A DNA stretch of 64,000 nt from a virus: the IMG/VR virus record IMGVR_UViG_3300049173_000078, positions 15,509 to 79,508 of that record. The stretch is one strand, 5' to 3'. Below the pieces are notes generated by a model. That model was not told the origin of the DNA. It made no database searches and worked only from the letters and a program-made list of their open reading frames with translations. Position numbers and translations under genes: made by a program. Below are positions 1 to 8,184 of this stretch, one piece after another; positions within the stretch are counted from its first letter, which is position 1, and every line of letters begins with the position of its first letter.

Positions 1-1524
1 CTCGACGCGGACGCCGTCGCCTTGCTGCTCGCCGTCGCCTTGCATGTGCGGGCGGGCGGGCGCCGAGCCGGCTCGTTGGTTGCGCTGCTCGATGATGGCC
101 GCCGCTGGTGACGGCCGCGACGGGTCGGCGGCGGCGCTGATGGGCCGCCGTGTCTCGGCGAAGCAGGCGTCGGCGATGTGCCAGGCGATGACGTCCCACA
201 GTCCTTCGCCGAGCAGGTAGCGGACGACGGCGTGAAGCCGCTCGCGCAGGGTGCCCGGCGCGGCGGGTTCGGTCGGCGCCGGCGGCTGGTGCTGCTGGGG
301 GGTGTAGCGGCGGGACTCCGTGCGGGTGTGGCCGATGACGTCCCGGACGCGTGCCGCGGCGTCGCCGTCGAGCTGCTCGGTGAGTTCGAGCAGGCGCACA
401 ATGGTGAGCTGTGCCCAGTACAGGTCTGTCGAGTCGCGGTTCACGCGATCGCTGAGGATCTGCTGGTCGCGGCGCAGCCGGCCGAGGACCTCGGCGACGC
501 GCGGCCCGAGGTCGTCGCCGAGCTGGTCGGCCGCGAAGTGCCCGTCGGCGACGAGCGCTTCCCGTACGGCGGTGAGCCGCTGCTCGGCCGTGTTGGCGCG
601 GTCGTAAGCGTTGTGCCACCACGCGAGCGCGGGGTGCGCGGCTTGAGTCGCTTCGGTCGCTGTCGGGGCGTCCTGGAAGACGGTCAGAGCGGCGTCGGCG
701 CGGGTGTAGTGCACGGAGCGCAGCAGCGGCGACAGGCTTTCCCAGGGGCGGCGTCCGGCGCGTTCCAGGGTCTCGTACAGGGCGCGGGCCAGGCGTTCGC
801 GCAAGTCGTCCGTCGGGGCAGGTGTCGCCGGTTCCGGTTCCTCGGTGCGTGTCAGTCGCTGAACGTCGGGCACGGTGCCGGGTTGCGCGGCGAGGGCGGC
901 GGCGAGGGTGGCCTCCGCGCGGCGGAAGTGGTCCGGCTCGGTGTCCTCGGGGTAGGACCACGGGCCGCCGTCGGGGGACGGGAGGAGACTCCAGCCGTAG
1001 GGCTCACCGTCGTCGCCGTAGTGAAGCGCGAGGGCCAAGCCGCGGGGATGGAACGTGGTCCGGTTGATGAGCCAGTGCAGGCCGGATGTGCTCAGGTCGT
1101 CGAGGGGCCGCGCGTCCTGGCTCTGGGCCAGGGGTGCGGGCTGCGGCACGTAGTTGCGTCCCCTCCAGCAGATGACTTCGCCGTCGCTGCTCGCGAACAC
1201 CTCGGGGCCGAGGACGGTCAGGTCGCCGTCGGCGTGCGGGTAGACGGTGACCGGCGGGGCAGGTGTCGCCGCGGCGGCGGCCTGGTGCCGGTCGTACTCT
1301 CGCCACCGCTCGCCGTGGGAGACGCTCGACGCGGTGCCGTCGCGGCGCCGGCACGGCTGACCGGCGAGCGCGTCACAGCCGGGCGGGCGGCAGCGCACGG
1401 TCCACGACGGGTCGGCGACGCCACCCTCGGTCTCGGCGCAGGACAGCGCGCACTCGCCGAGCCGGTACGTGTGCGCTTCGGAGCAGGCGGGGCCGCACTG
1501 CTCGGCAGGTTGTCCAAGAGGCAT
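1..1524 (-). CDS. Hypothetical mosaic early protein, runs off the window end (MPLGQPAEQCGPAC...)
   Basis: ATG at 1524 with AAGGAG RBS. I read the frame as open to position 1 with high GC3. It is absent from the ORF track because its stop lies outside the window. Confidence 0.7.
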   Translation of the reverse strand, partial: MPLGQPAEQCGPACSEAHTYRLGECALSCAETEGGVADPSWTVRCRPPGCDALAGQPCRRRDGTASSVSHGERWREYDRHQAAAAATPAPPVTVYPHADGDLTVLGPEVFASSDGEVICWRGRNYVPQPAPLAQSQDARPLDDLSTSGLHWLINRTTFHPRGLALALHYGDDGEPYGWSLLPSPDGGPWSYPEDTEPDHFRRAEATLAAALAAQPGTVPDVQRLTRTEEPEPATPAPTDDLRERLARALYETLERAGRRPWESLSPLLRSVHYTRADAALTVFQDAPTATEATQAAHPALAWWHNAYDRANTAEQRLTAVREALVADGHFAADQLGDDLGPRVAEVLGRLRRDQQILSDRVNRDSTDLYWAQLTIVRLLELTEQLDGDAAARVRDVIGHTRTESRRYTPQQHQPPAPTEPAAPGTLRERLHAVVRYLLGEGLWDVIAWHIADACFAETRRPISAAADPSRPSPAAAIIEQRNQRAGSAPARPHMQGDGEQQGDGVRVE

Positions 1525-1529
1525 GGGGC

Positions 1530-2075
1530 CTACTCCTTCGTGGAACCGGCGAGGACGTCGAGCACGGCTTCCGCCGCGGCGGCGTCGCCGACGAACCGCC
1601 ATGTGCTGATCGCTTCGGTGACCGGCGGCAGCAGCGCGGCGCGGTCGACGTCGACGCGGGCCGGCTGCCGGGCGAGCCGGTCGAGGTTGTGCAGCGCGGT
1701 CTCTGCCTCGCGTCGCCGGCGGGCGGGAATGCCTGTGTCGCAGCACGCTTCGCGGCTTCCCCAGGCGGGTCCGTCGCCCGGGTCAAGGCGGTCGTCGTGG
1801 TAGCGGCAGGCCTGCGGCAGGCTGTCGAGGGCGGCGCGCAGCACGGGCAGGGCCGTGCGGATACGGCGGCCGGTGGCGCCCGGCTCGGGCGGTCGTGGTG
1901 CGGTGCTGAGCGCGGCGCGCAGTTCGGTCGCGGCGCCGCCGTACGCGCGCAGGACGGCCCATCGGGAGGCGAGCCGTTCGGCGGCCTCGACGGCGGCCTC
2001 TGCGGCCTCGACGCGGGCGTACAGGTCGCCGAGGTCCGCGCTGGTGAGGTCGTCGAGGTGGATCCTGCTGGTCAA
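1530..2075 (-). CDS. Hypothetical protein
   Basis: TTG start with AGGAGG RBS, coupled to neighbouring genes. Confidence 0.7.
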   Translation of the reverse strand: MTSRIHLDDLTSADLGDLYARVEAAEAAVEAAERLASRWAVLRAYGGAATELRAALSTAPRPPEPGATGRRIRTALPVLRAALDSLPQACRYHDDRLDPGDGPAWGSREACCDTGIPARRRREAETALHNLDRLARQPARVDVDRAALLPPVTEAISTWRFVGDAAAAEAVLDVLAGSTKE

Positions 2076-2350
2076 CGGTGCCTCCTGGCTGCGGGACCGT
2101 ACGGGCTGGCCCATGCGGGGCGGTCGCCAGCCAGGCGGACGGCGTGCGGCCGTCGACGGCGTTCGCGGGCCGGCCGGTCGTCGGCCAAGCCGCAGCGCCG
2201 CAGGTAGTCGACGAGCGGGCGGACCGCTGCGGTCAGCGCACGGGCCATCTCGCGGAAGGCGTCGACGACCTGGCGGAGCAGGCGGGCCGTGCGGGCGACG
2301 TGCTCGCCGAGCGCGCGAGCCTGCTCAGGGGTGAGGCGGGTTAGTCGCAC
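2072..2350 (-). CDS. Hypothetical protein
   Basis: ORF in the operon, stop overlaps next start. Confidence 0.55.
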   Translation of the reverse strand: MRLTRLTPEQARALGEHVARTARLLRQVVDAFREMARALTAAVRPLVDYLRRCGLADDRPARERRRRPHAVRLAGDRPAWASPYGPAARRHR

Positions 2351-2353
2351 GGG

Positions 2354-2581
2354 TCAGCTCTCCTGCTGCTCGTCGTCGGTCTCGGGAAGGGTGAACTCGT
2401 GCCAGGACACGCCGGTCAGCTCGTCCGGCAGTGCGGCGCCGACGGCGGCCGTGACGGCGGCGCCGACGAGTGCGGCGGGCCGGTCCGAGGCGAGCGTGAG
2501 GGTGACGTTGATTCGGCGGCGGGTCTGCTCGGCGACCGGTGTCGTGTCCTCGATGCGTGCGACTGCGTCAGTGGCGGTCAT
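2354..2581 (-). CDS. Hypothetical protein
   Basis: 75 aa ORF tightly packed in the operon. Confidence 0.6.
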   Translation of the reverse strand: MTATDAVARIEDTTPVAEQTRRRINVTLTLASDRPAALVGAAVTAAVGAALPDELTGVSWHEFTLPETDDEQQES

Positions 2582-2650
2582 GTGGTGCGCTCCGATACGG
2601 GGGAAGGCCCGGCCGCGCGGGCGGCCGGGCGAGTGGTGCGGTGGTGCAGG

Positions 2651-3178
2651 TCAGTAGCCGAAGCCGTCGCCGAAGGAGACGAGGAACCAGCGGGGCGTTT
2701 CCTGGACGGGGACCAGTTCGAGCGCGTCCAGGGCGACCACGAGCCGGCTGTCCCAGTCCTCGGCGGCCGGGCGGGCCGCGAGGTCGAGCGGGTCGATCAG
2801 TTCGACCTCGCCCCGGGCGACGCGGGTGACGTGCGCGGCGAGCGCGTACATGGGGGCGCCGTCCGAGCAGTACGTCGCGACGCTGACGCCGACGCGGTCC
2901 TGTGCCTGCTTACGCCGGTCCCAGAACCCGCCCTCGTCGGCGCCCGCGGTGAAGGTCTCGGTGAACCCGCCGACGGTCTTCAGCAGGTGCGCGTCGGCCG
3001 CCGTCGCGAAGTCGTTGCCGTCCTCGTCGTCTTCGTCGCCGTCGTCGTCCGGGTCGAACCAGGGCGTCGGCAGCAGGTAGCCGTGCTCGTCGACCTGCTG
3101 GACCTTCCAGCCGCCTTCGGCGTCGTCGCTGCCGAGGTCGTAGCCGTAGATCAGCAGGGCGTCGGTTGAGCGTCCCAT
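2651..3178 (-). CDS. Hypothetical phage protein (MGRSTDALLIYGYDLG...)
   Basis: Globular-looking C-terminal part of ORF 2651..4000; ATG overlaps upstream TGA. Confidence 0.75.
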   Translation of the reverse strand: MGRSTDALLIYGYDLGSDDAEGGWKVQQVDEHGYLLPTPWFDPDDDGDEDDEDGNDFATAADAHLLKTVGGFTETFTAGADEGGFWDRRKQAQDRVGVSVATYCSDGAPMYALAAHVTRVARGEVELIDPLDLAARPAAEDWDSRLVVALDALELVPVQETPRWFLVSFGDGFGY

Positions 3179-3777
3179 CAGGAGGTGGCTCCGTTCGTGT
3201 CGTGACCGGCCGCCGCGGCGGGCCGGTCGGCGTCGGCGGCGGCGAATCCCTCGGCGGCGAGCGCGTGCATGACGTCGCCCGTGTGGGGGTCGCAGGCGCT
3301 CGTGATCGCGGTCGGGTCGGCGTCGACCTGGGTGAAGGTCAGGAAGGTCTGCTCGGCGATGCCGTTGCAGTCGCGGCAGCGCTGGAAGGGCAAGGCGGGG
3401 ATCACGAGGAAGGTGAACCCGTCGGCGGCGATCGCGTCGCGCATGCGCTGCTCGGCGTGCGCGCGGGGCGTCAGGCCGTGGTCGTCTTCGTGGGTGCGGC
3501 ACATGTCGTCGATGGGGACGGCGGCCGGCCACGCTTCGATCAGGTCGGCCATCCAGTGCGCGACCAGTACGGGCGTGACGGTGTCGTCGCACGCGGCGCG
3601 CCAGGTCTTTTCGACGTCGTCGAGGTCGGGTCGGGGCGCGGTGTCGGCGTGCTCGGCGCACACCTCGGCGACGGTCGGCGCGCCGGTCGTCGGGTGGACG
3701 ATCCACGCGCGATGCGTGGCGGTCGTCTCGCAGAGACGTTCCGGGCCGGTCGGGAACAGGCAGGGGAAGATGTTCAA
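3178..3777 (-). CDS. Hypothetical protein with CxxC motifs
   Basis: 199 aa ORF, stop overlaps next ATG. Confidence 0.7.
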   Translation of the reverse strand: MNIFPCLFPTGPERLCETTATHRAWIVHPTTGAPTVAEVCAEHADTAPRPDLDDVEKTWRAACDDTVTPVLVAHWMADLIEAWPAAVPIDDMCRTHEDDHGLTPRAHAEQRMRDAIAADGFTFLVIPALPFQRCRDCNGIAEQTFLTFTQVDADPTAITSACDPHTGDVMHALAAEGFAAADADRPAAAAGHDTNGATS

Positions 3778-3846
3778 CGGGCGTCCTTCGCTCGGGCCCG
3801 GCCGCCGTACGGGCGGCCGGGCGTGTGGGAAAAGGGGTGCGGTGTG

Positions 3847-5673
3847 TCAGGCGGCGAGGTCGAGGAAGCGGGCCCAGAGCAGCCGCAGGGCGGCGGCGGC
3901 CTGCTGCGGCACGACGCCGTTCCCAAGGGCCTTGAGCTGCGCACTGCGCGGCAGGCCGGGAACGCCGGTCACGTGGCCGAGGGGGAGGCCCATCATCCAT
4001 TCGACGAACGCGGGGCTCAGGCGACCTCGATCGTCAGTTGGCCGGGGGGCGAGCCGTCCGAGGATGGCTTCCCACCGCCGGATCGCGGGCTCGTAATCGC
4101 CCCATTCAACGTCGGGTTGCCCCTGGCGTAGGTCGCGCTCGTCCGGTCCCCGTCCGCTGCTGTCGGCGTCGGCAGGATCCTCGCCGCGGCGCTCGCGAGC
4201 GTGAGGTCCCCGCGTCCCCCGTGCTGGTTCGGGCTGCCCTTCCTGCCGTCCGTCGCCCTCGGCGTCGGCAGCAGGCGCGGCGGCCTGGGGCCGGTCGGCG
4301 CAGTCGTCGCAGTCGTCGTCGCAGACGGGTCGCCCGAGGTCGGGGTCTGTGCAGTGGTGGCAGCCTGCGCAGAATCCTCCGGCGTCGTGGAGGTGCTCGG
4401 CGCATCCGCAGGTGGGGCAGGCAGGCTCTTGATCTTCCCCGCGTGGATGACGTCCGACAGCGTCCAGCAGATCGACACCTTCGGGTTGACCGTCGAGCGG
4501 TTCGCCGTGGCGTTCCTGGTGCCCTTCGCGTCCCCCGCGAGCGGCGTCGGCAGCAGCTTCGGAACGAGGCTGTCCAGGGACGGCCGGACCGCCGCGCCCG
4601 TGCTCGCCGACTGGTTCGACCCGTACGGCGTCGCCGTCGGTGTCGGCAGCAGGCGCCGCGCTCCCGCTCCGTCCGGGAGCAGCCATTCGACCTCGTCCGC
4701 GAGCGTCGGACCGTGCCTGCCCCGCTTCCTCTTGTCCGGGTGCTGCGAGCCGCCGTTCACCGCTATCTGCGCCGTCGGCGTCTTCAGCAGCTTCACGGCC
4801 GCCGGAAGGGAGTCCTCGAAGCCCATCCCCCGGGCGTCCCTCGCGCGCGGCGTCGGCAGGTTCGCGATCCGCGCCCGCAGGGTGTCGTTCCTCGGCCCGT
4901 CGGGCCTGCCCGGTCCGTTGTGTTCCTTCGTCGTCGGCGTCGGCAGCAGCGCGGCGGCGGCGGGCGAGGATGAACTCACGGAACCGCTCGTGGGGAGCGC
5001 CTCTCTCCTCAGCGCGTACGCCACACCATTCCGCATCGAACCCGAGGCGGGCCAGGTCGCCGAGAACGGCGCCGAGAGCGCGAAGAACGAATCTTGCTCC
5101 GGTGGCTGGGTCCATATCCGGAGCGTCTGGTCCCAGACCCCGATCGGCTTTCTGCGAGAGGATCCCTCGGACATTTTCGATCACCACCCATTCGGGTTCG
5201 AGTGCTTCGATGGCGCGTGCGCAGTGCAGCCACAGGCCGGACTTCGTGCCCTCGGCGATCCCCTCGCGCTTGCCCGCGAGGCTGAGCGACTGGCAGGGGA
5301 AGCCCATGGTCAGACCGTTGGGCCGTTCCACGGTCGACCAGTCGATAGCCGTGATGTCGCCGTGGTTGGGGATCTTGGGCCAGTGGTGCGCGAGGATCTG
5401 CGCGGCGTACTGGAAACGGTCTTCGGGGTCGTACTGGCAGTGCCAGGCGACGGAGCCGCCGAAGACCTCGACGGCGGCCATGTCGAGACCGCCGTATCCG
5501 GTGCAGAGGCTGCCCCAGCGGAACCCGTCGGGGAAACCGTCACGGGCCTTTCTGGGGCCCGCCGTGGAGAACTGGAGCGGGACGGGCGGGCTGGCCCACA
5601 TCAGGTGACCAGGGGCGCCCCCAGCGCCTTCGGTGAGGCGCTGGGGGACGTCGGTCGTCAGGGTCTCGTTCAC
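3847..5673 (-). CDS. DNA (cytosine-5) methyltransferase
   Basis: Motif I SLCTGYGGLD, catalytic GFPCQ, ENV, GAPHxRxR, FVEWMMGLP and LGNGVVP. GTG start overlaps the upstream TGA. Confidence 0.9.
   Translation of the reverse strand: MNETLTTDVPQRLTEGAGGAPGHLMWASPPVPLQFSTAGPRKARDGFPDGFRWGSLCTGYGGLDMAAVEVFGGSVAWHCQYDPEDRFQYAAQILAHHWPKIPNHGDITAIDWSTVERPNGLTMGFPCQSLSLAGKREGIAEGTKSGLWLHCARAIEALEPEWVVIENVRGILSQKADRGLGPDAPDMDPATGARFVLRALGAVLGDLARLGFDAEWCGVRAEERGAPHERFREFILARRRRAAADADDEGTQRTGQARRAEERHPAGADREPADAAREGRPGDGLRGLPSGGREAAEDADGADSGERRLAAPGQEEAGQARSDARGRGRMAAPGRSGSAAPAADTDGDAVRVEPVGEHGRGGPAVPGQPRSEAAADAARGGREGHQERHGEPLDGQPEGVDLLDAVGRHPRGEDQEPACPTCGCAEHLHDAGGFCAGCHHCTDPDLGRPVCDDDCDDCADRPQAAAPAADAEGDGRQEGQPEPARGTRGPHARERRGEDPADADSSGRGPDERDLRQGQPDVEWGDYEPAIRRWEAILGRLAPRPTDDRGRLSPAFVEWMMGLPLGHVTGVPGLPRSAQLKALGNGVVPQQAAAALRLLWARFLDLAA
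4017..5174 (-). CDS. Nested +1-frame ORF inside the methyltransferase, LPTP-repeat protein resembling the EcoHK31I beta-type polypeptide
   Basis: 385 aa open frame; ATG inside the ENV codons (GAA AAT GTC) after GGTGGTG; WPASGSMRNG segment; seven L(P/K)TP units. Confidence 0.65.
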   Translation of the reverse strand: MSEGSSRRKPIGVWDQTLRIWTQPPEQDSFFALSAPFSATWPASGSMRNGVAYALRREALPTSGSVSSSSPAAAALLPTPTTKEHNGPGRPDGPRNDTLRARIANLPTPRARDARGMGFEDSLPAAVKLLKTPTAQIAVNGGSQHPDKRKRGRHGPTLADEVEWLLPDGAGARRLLPTPTATPYGSNQSASTGAAVRPSLDSLVPKLLPTPLAGDAKGTRNATANRSTVNPKVSICWTLSDVIHAGKIKSLPAPPADAPSTSTTPEDSAQAATTAQTPTSGDPSATTTATTAPTGPRPPRLLPTPRATDGRKGSPNQHGGRGDLTLASAAARILPTPTAADGDRTSATYARGNPTLNGAITSPRSGGGKPSSDGSPPGQLTIEVA

Positions 5674-6290
5674 AGGCTCAGCAGCTCCGACAGCATGTCG
5701 AACCCGGTCCGCTGACTGTCGTCGCCGTCGAGGTAGGCGACGGCGGCGCGAGCGGCCTCTTCGCGGGTTTTGCGGTGGGAGACGATCGTCTTGTGGCCCT
5801 CGGGGCGGGCCGACCACAGCTCGCGGTTCCCGCTGGTCGGGTAGACGTAGACGGTCGTGCCCTTGTGCTCGAAGACGCTGCTCTTGCTGCCCTTGCTGAG
5901 GGGGCGCATCTCGGGCGTGACCTGCTCGTCCTGCGGCGCCTGCTCGGCGACCACCTCGGCGACCACCTCGGCCTGGGGGCGCTTCCGGATGATCACGTAG
6001 TCGTCGGCGGGGACGACGTCGCAGGCGTAGTCCCAGATTTCGCCGTCGTAGAGGATGACGAGCTCCTTCGCGCGGTCGTCCTCTTCGAGCGACGTGTGTC
6101 CGGGGCACTGGCAAGCGGGATCGTCGGCCTTCGGGTCGGCGACGTACGGGTCCGAGTGCTCGATGACCTCGATCTTCCCGGTCCACGCGGACAGGACGGT
6201 GCAGCCGAGCACGACGTCGCCCTGGCGGACGTCGCGGGCGAGGACGGCTTCGGCGTCCGTGCGGTTCAGGTTGATCTCGATGCCGGTCAT
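5670..6290 (-). CDS. Hypothetical protein (MTGIEINLNR...)
   Basis: ATG with GGGAG RBS, has its own upstream promoter. Confidence 0.75.
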   Translation of the reverse strand: MTGIEINLNRTDAEAVLARDVRQGDVVLGCTVLSAWTGKIEVIEHSDPYVADPKADDPACQCPGHTSLEEDDRAKELVILYDGEIWDYACDVVPADDYVIIRKRPQAEVVAEVVAEQAPQDEQVTPEMRPLSKGSKSSVFEHKGTTVYVYPTSGNRELWSARPEGHKTIVSHRKTREEAARAAVAYLDGDDSQRTGFDMLSELLSL

Positions 6291-6328
6291 TCGGTGTCTC
6301 CCGTGGGTTGTGCCGTGCGCTGACACAC

Positions 6329-6359
6329 ACAATGTTGCACCCTCGCGTTGCACTGTCAA
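6329..6359 (-). promoter_or_regulatory. Putative sigma70-type promoter with two GTGCAAC repeats
   Basis: TTGACA at 6359-6354 on the minus strand in an AT-richer gap; the -10 is non-consensus. Confidence 0.5.
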
Positions 6360-6703
6360 GTTGCCCCCTCATGTTTCTTTGGTTGTGTGTGTTCGCGCCG
6401 GTCACGCCGGTCACGGAGTCGGAGCGGTGTCTGTGCGGCGAGCGCTCGCCGCCGGTCGCGCTCGCGCGCCGTCCGCCAGTTCCGCAGCGACCGGCGGGGG
6501 CGGAAGACGAGCAGGCCGCAGGCGGCGACGGCGACGACCGGCGCGGCGAGCCAGAACCAGGGCGACCGGCGAGAGGCGTGGGTGAACTGCTGGTCGGCCC
6601 AGGCGACGAGTCCGCGAACGGGGCGGCCCCGGCCGGTCGCGTAGCCGCCGACCCACATGCAGGCGAGCGCGAGGTAGATCAGCGCCCAGTCGCGGCCGGT
6701 CAC
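6356..6703 (-). CDS. Small membrane protein
   Basis: Two hydrophobic segments; GTG coupled to upstream stop. Confidence 0.6.
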   Translation of the reverse strand: MTGRDWALIYLALACMWVGGYATGRGRPVRGLVAWADQQFTHASRRSPWFWLAAPVVAVAACGLLVFRPRRSLRNWRTARERDRRRALAAQTPLRLRDRRDRREHTQPKKHEGAT

Positions 6704-7125
6704 GCTCGCCCCCGGTACGGCACGTGCACGGTGTGCGCGTCGCCTGCGGGCCGGACGCACAGCACGTCGCCGTGCTCGCCGAAACAGAGCAGTCCGTCGT
6801 GCGCCGGTCCCGGGCCCGCGGTCTTGTCGGTGGGCGCCGCGGCGGCCTGGGCGTGCCGCAGGCAGCCGCCGCCGTGGACGGTGCCCGAGGTGCGGAACAG
6901 CGCGCAGCAGACTCGCTCGGCGGCGCGGCGACCGGCGACCCGCTCACGCCGCGAGCACCAGGCGAGGAAGACGGCGCCGTACAGGAACGCGACGACCGGC
7001 GCCACGAACCCGCCGCCGTCGAGGCCGAGACCGGCGAGGGACCAGACGGCGACGGCGACCGCGGAGACGGTGAGCAGCGCGGAGCCCGCCGCGAGGACGC
7101 GGGCGTAACGGCGGTGGGTGTTCAC
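6700..7125 (-). CDS. Membrane protein with Cys/His-rich C-terminus
   Basis: Two N-terminal TM segments; GTGA overlap. Confidence 0.6.
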   Translation of the reverse strand: MNTHRRYARVLAAGSALLTVSAVAVAVWSLAGLGLDGGGFVAPVVAFLYGAVFLAWCSRRERVAGRRAAERVCCALFRTSGTVHGGGCLRHAQAAAAPTDKTAGPGPAHDGLLCFGEHGDVLCVRPAGDAHTVHVPYRGRA

Positions 7126-7322
7126 AGGGTGATCTCGATTCCGTGCGGAGGGACGCCCGCGGCGAGCTGGTCGAGGAGCTGCCGCAGGCGGGGTATCGCG
7201 ACGTCGCCGCGCTGGTTGAGCGCGCGACGGGTGGCGGCGGGCAACGCGTCCCAGCAGGACGGGCACAGGTACTGGCCGACGCGGCGGGTCGACGGGCAGC
7301 CGGGGCAGGCGAGCCGAGTCAC
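7122..7322 (-). CDS. Small CxxC-CxxC zinc-ribbon-like protein
   Basis: CPGC...CPSC; GTGA overlaps. Confidence 0.6.
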   Translation of the reverse strand: MTRLACPGCPSTRRVGQYLCPSCWDALPAATRRALNQRGDVAIPRLRQLLDQLAAGVPPHGIEITL

Positions 7323-7864
7323 TGAGCACCCCCCGCCGGGTACTGCCAGAGCCAGAGGGTTTTCCGGCCGCGCGCGGGATGACCGGCCGGACGAGGCTTT
7401 GCCCATGTGGCGTTCGGTCCGCTCGGCGCCCCGGCGCGGTCCGTGACTCGGGTCCACCCGTCCGTGCGGTAAATGTGGCCGGGGTGTCGCTGGTTGTCGG
7501 AGTAGGCGACCGCCGCGGCAACGTCCCAGTACGGCCACGCTCGGGCGCCGAGCTCGCGCCACAGACGCAGCATCACGCGCGTCGCCCACTGATCGCCGGG
7601 CCGCGTGCACAGCCGGGCCAGTTCAACGACGGCGCCGCGCGAGTAGCCGGCCACGGTAGGGCTGACCGTCGAGGCGCTGATCGCTGCCGCGACCGGCTGG
7701 CCCGCCACGTCGAGGCGCCACGCCTGCGCGCCGAACGGCCTGTTGCTGGGGCCGAGGTAGTGCCCCCAGTCGGCGACGAGCTCGTTCGCGGCCTTGAGGT
7801 CGGTTTCGAAGAATCCGGCCGCCGGGTCGGCTATGGCGGTGAGGTCCAGTTGCAGCGTTGTCAC
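7319..7864 (-). CDS. Mom-like (XF1762-type) GNAT-fold DNA modification protein
   Basis: LKAANELV..H, VELARLCT, AYSD...GHIYRTDGW and terminal K.LW motifs; AAGGAG RBS. Confidence 0.72.
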   Translation of the reverse strand: MTTLQLDLTAIADPAAGFFETDLKAANELVADWGHYLGPSNRPFGAQAWRLDVAGQPVAAAISASTVSPTVAGYSRGAVVELARLCTRPGDQWATRVMLRLWRELGARAWPYWDVAAAVAYSDNQRHPGHIYRTDGWTRVTDRAGAPSGPNATWAKPRPAGHPARGRKTLWLWQYPAGGAQ

Positions 7865-8184
7865 CTGCGCGTCTCCTTCCGGGGCCGCTCGGGGTGTCGG
7901 CGCCAGATGTGCGCGGCGTCGTTCCACCGGCGGATGCGGCACCACGTCGGGACGGGCGCGCAGTTGAACGTGAAGACCTCGATGCGGCGCCACGTGCGAG
8001 CGTGCTTCCACCGCTTCACGCGGCGGCGTACGGCGAGCGGCACGAAGCCCGTCGCTGGTCGCCGCCCGTTCCTGCGGGCGCGCCAGTCGAGCGCGGCTCG
8101 GGTGGCGGCGGAGCCGGCCAGGACGGCGACGGCCGCCAGGCAGTAGACCGGCGCGGCAACGCCGAGCAGCCGGGCGCCGGTCAC
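7861..8184 (-). CDS. Small membrane-anchored basic protein
   Basis: N-terminal hydrophobic stretch; coupled start and stop. Confidence 0.5.
   Translation of the reverse strand: MTGARLLGVAAPVYCLAAVAVLAGSAATRAALDWRARRNGRRPATGFVPLAVRRRVKRWKHARTWRRIEVFTFNCAPVPTWCRIRRWNDAAHIWRRHPERPRKETRR

Noticed and set aside
178-1803. 541-aa plus-strand ORF, and similar long plus-strand ORFs (29141..31348, 42383..44005, 52131..53867, 57464..59251, 61084..62466)
   Set aside because: Antisense shadows of high-GC3 minus-strand genes; no motifs or RBS
3847-6414. 855-aa methyltransferase fusion as given in the ORF track
   Set aside because: The N-terminal extension overlaps a better gene (5670..6290) and its promoter; the GTG at 5673 is coupled to that gene's stop
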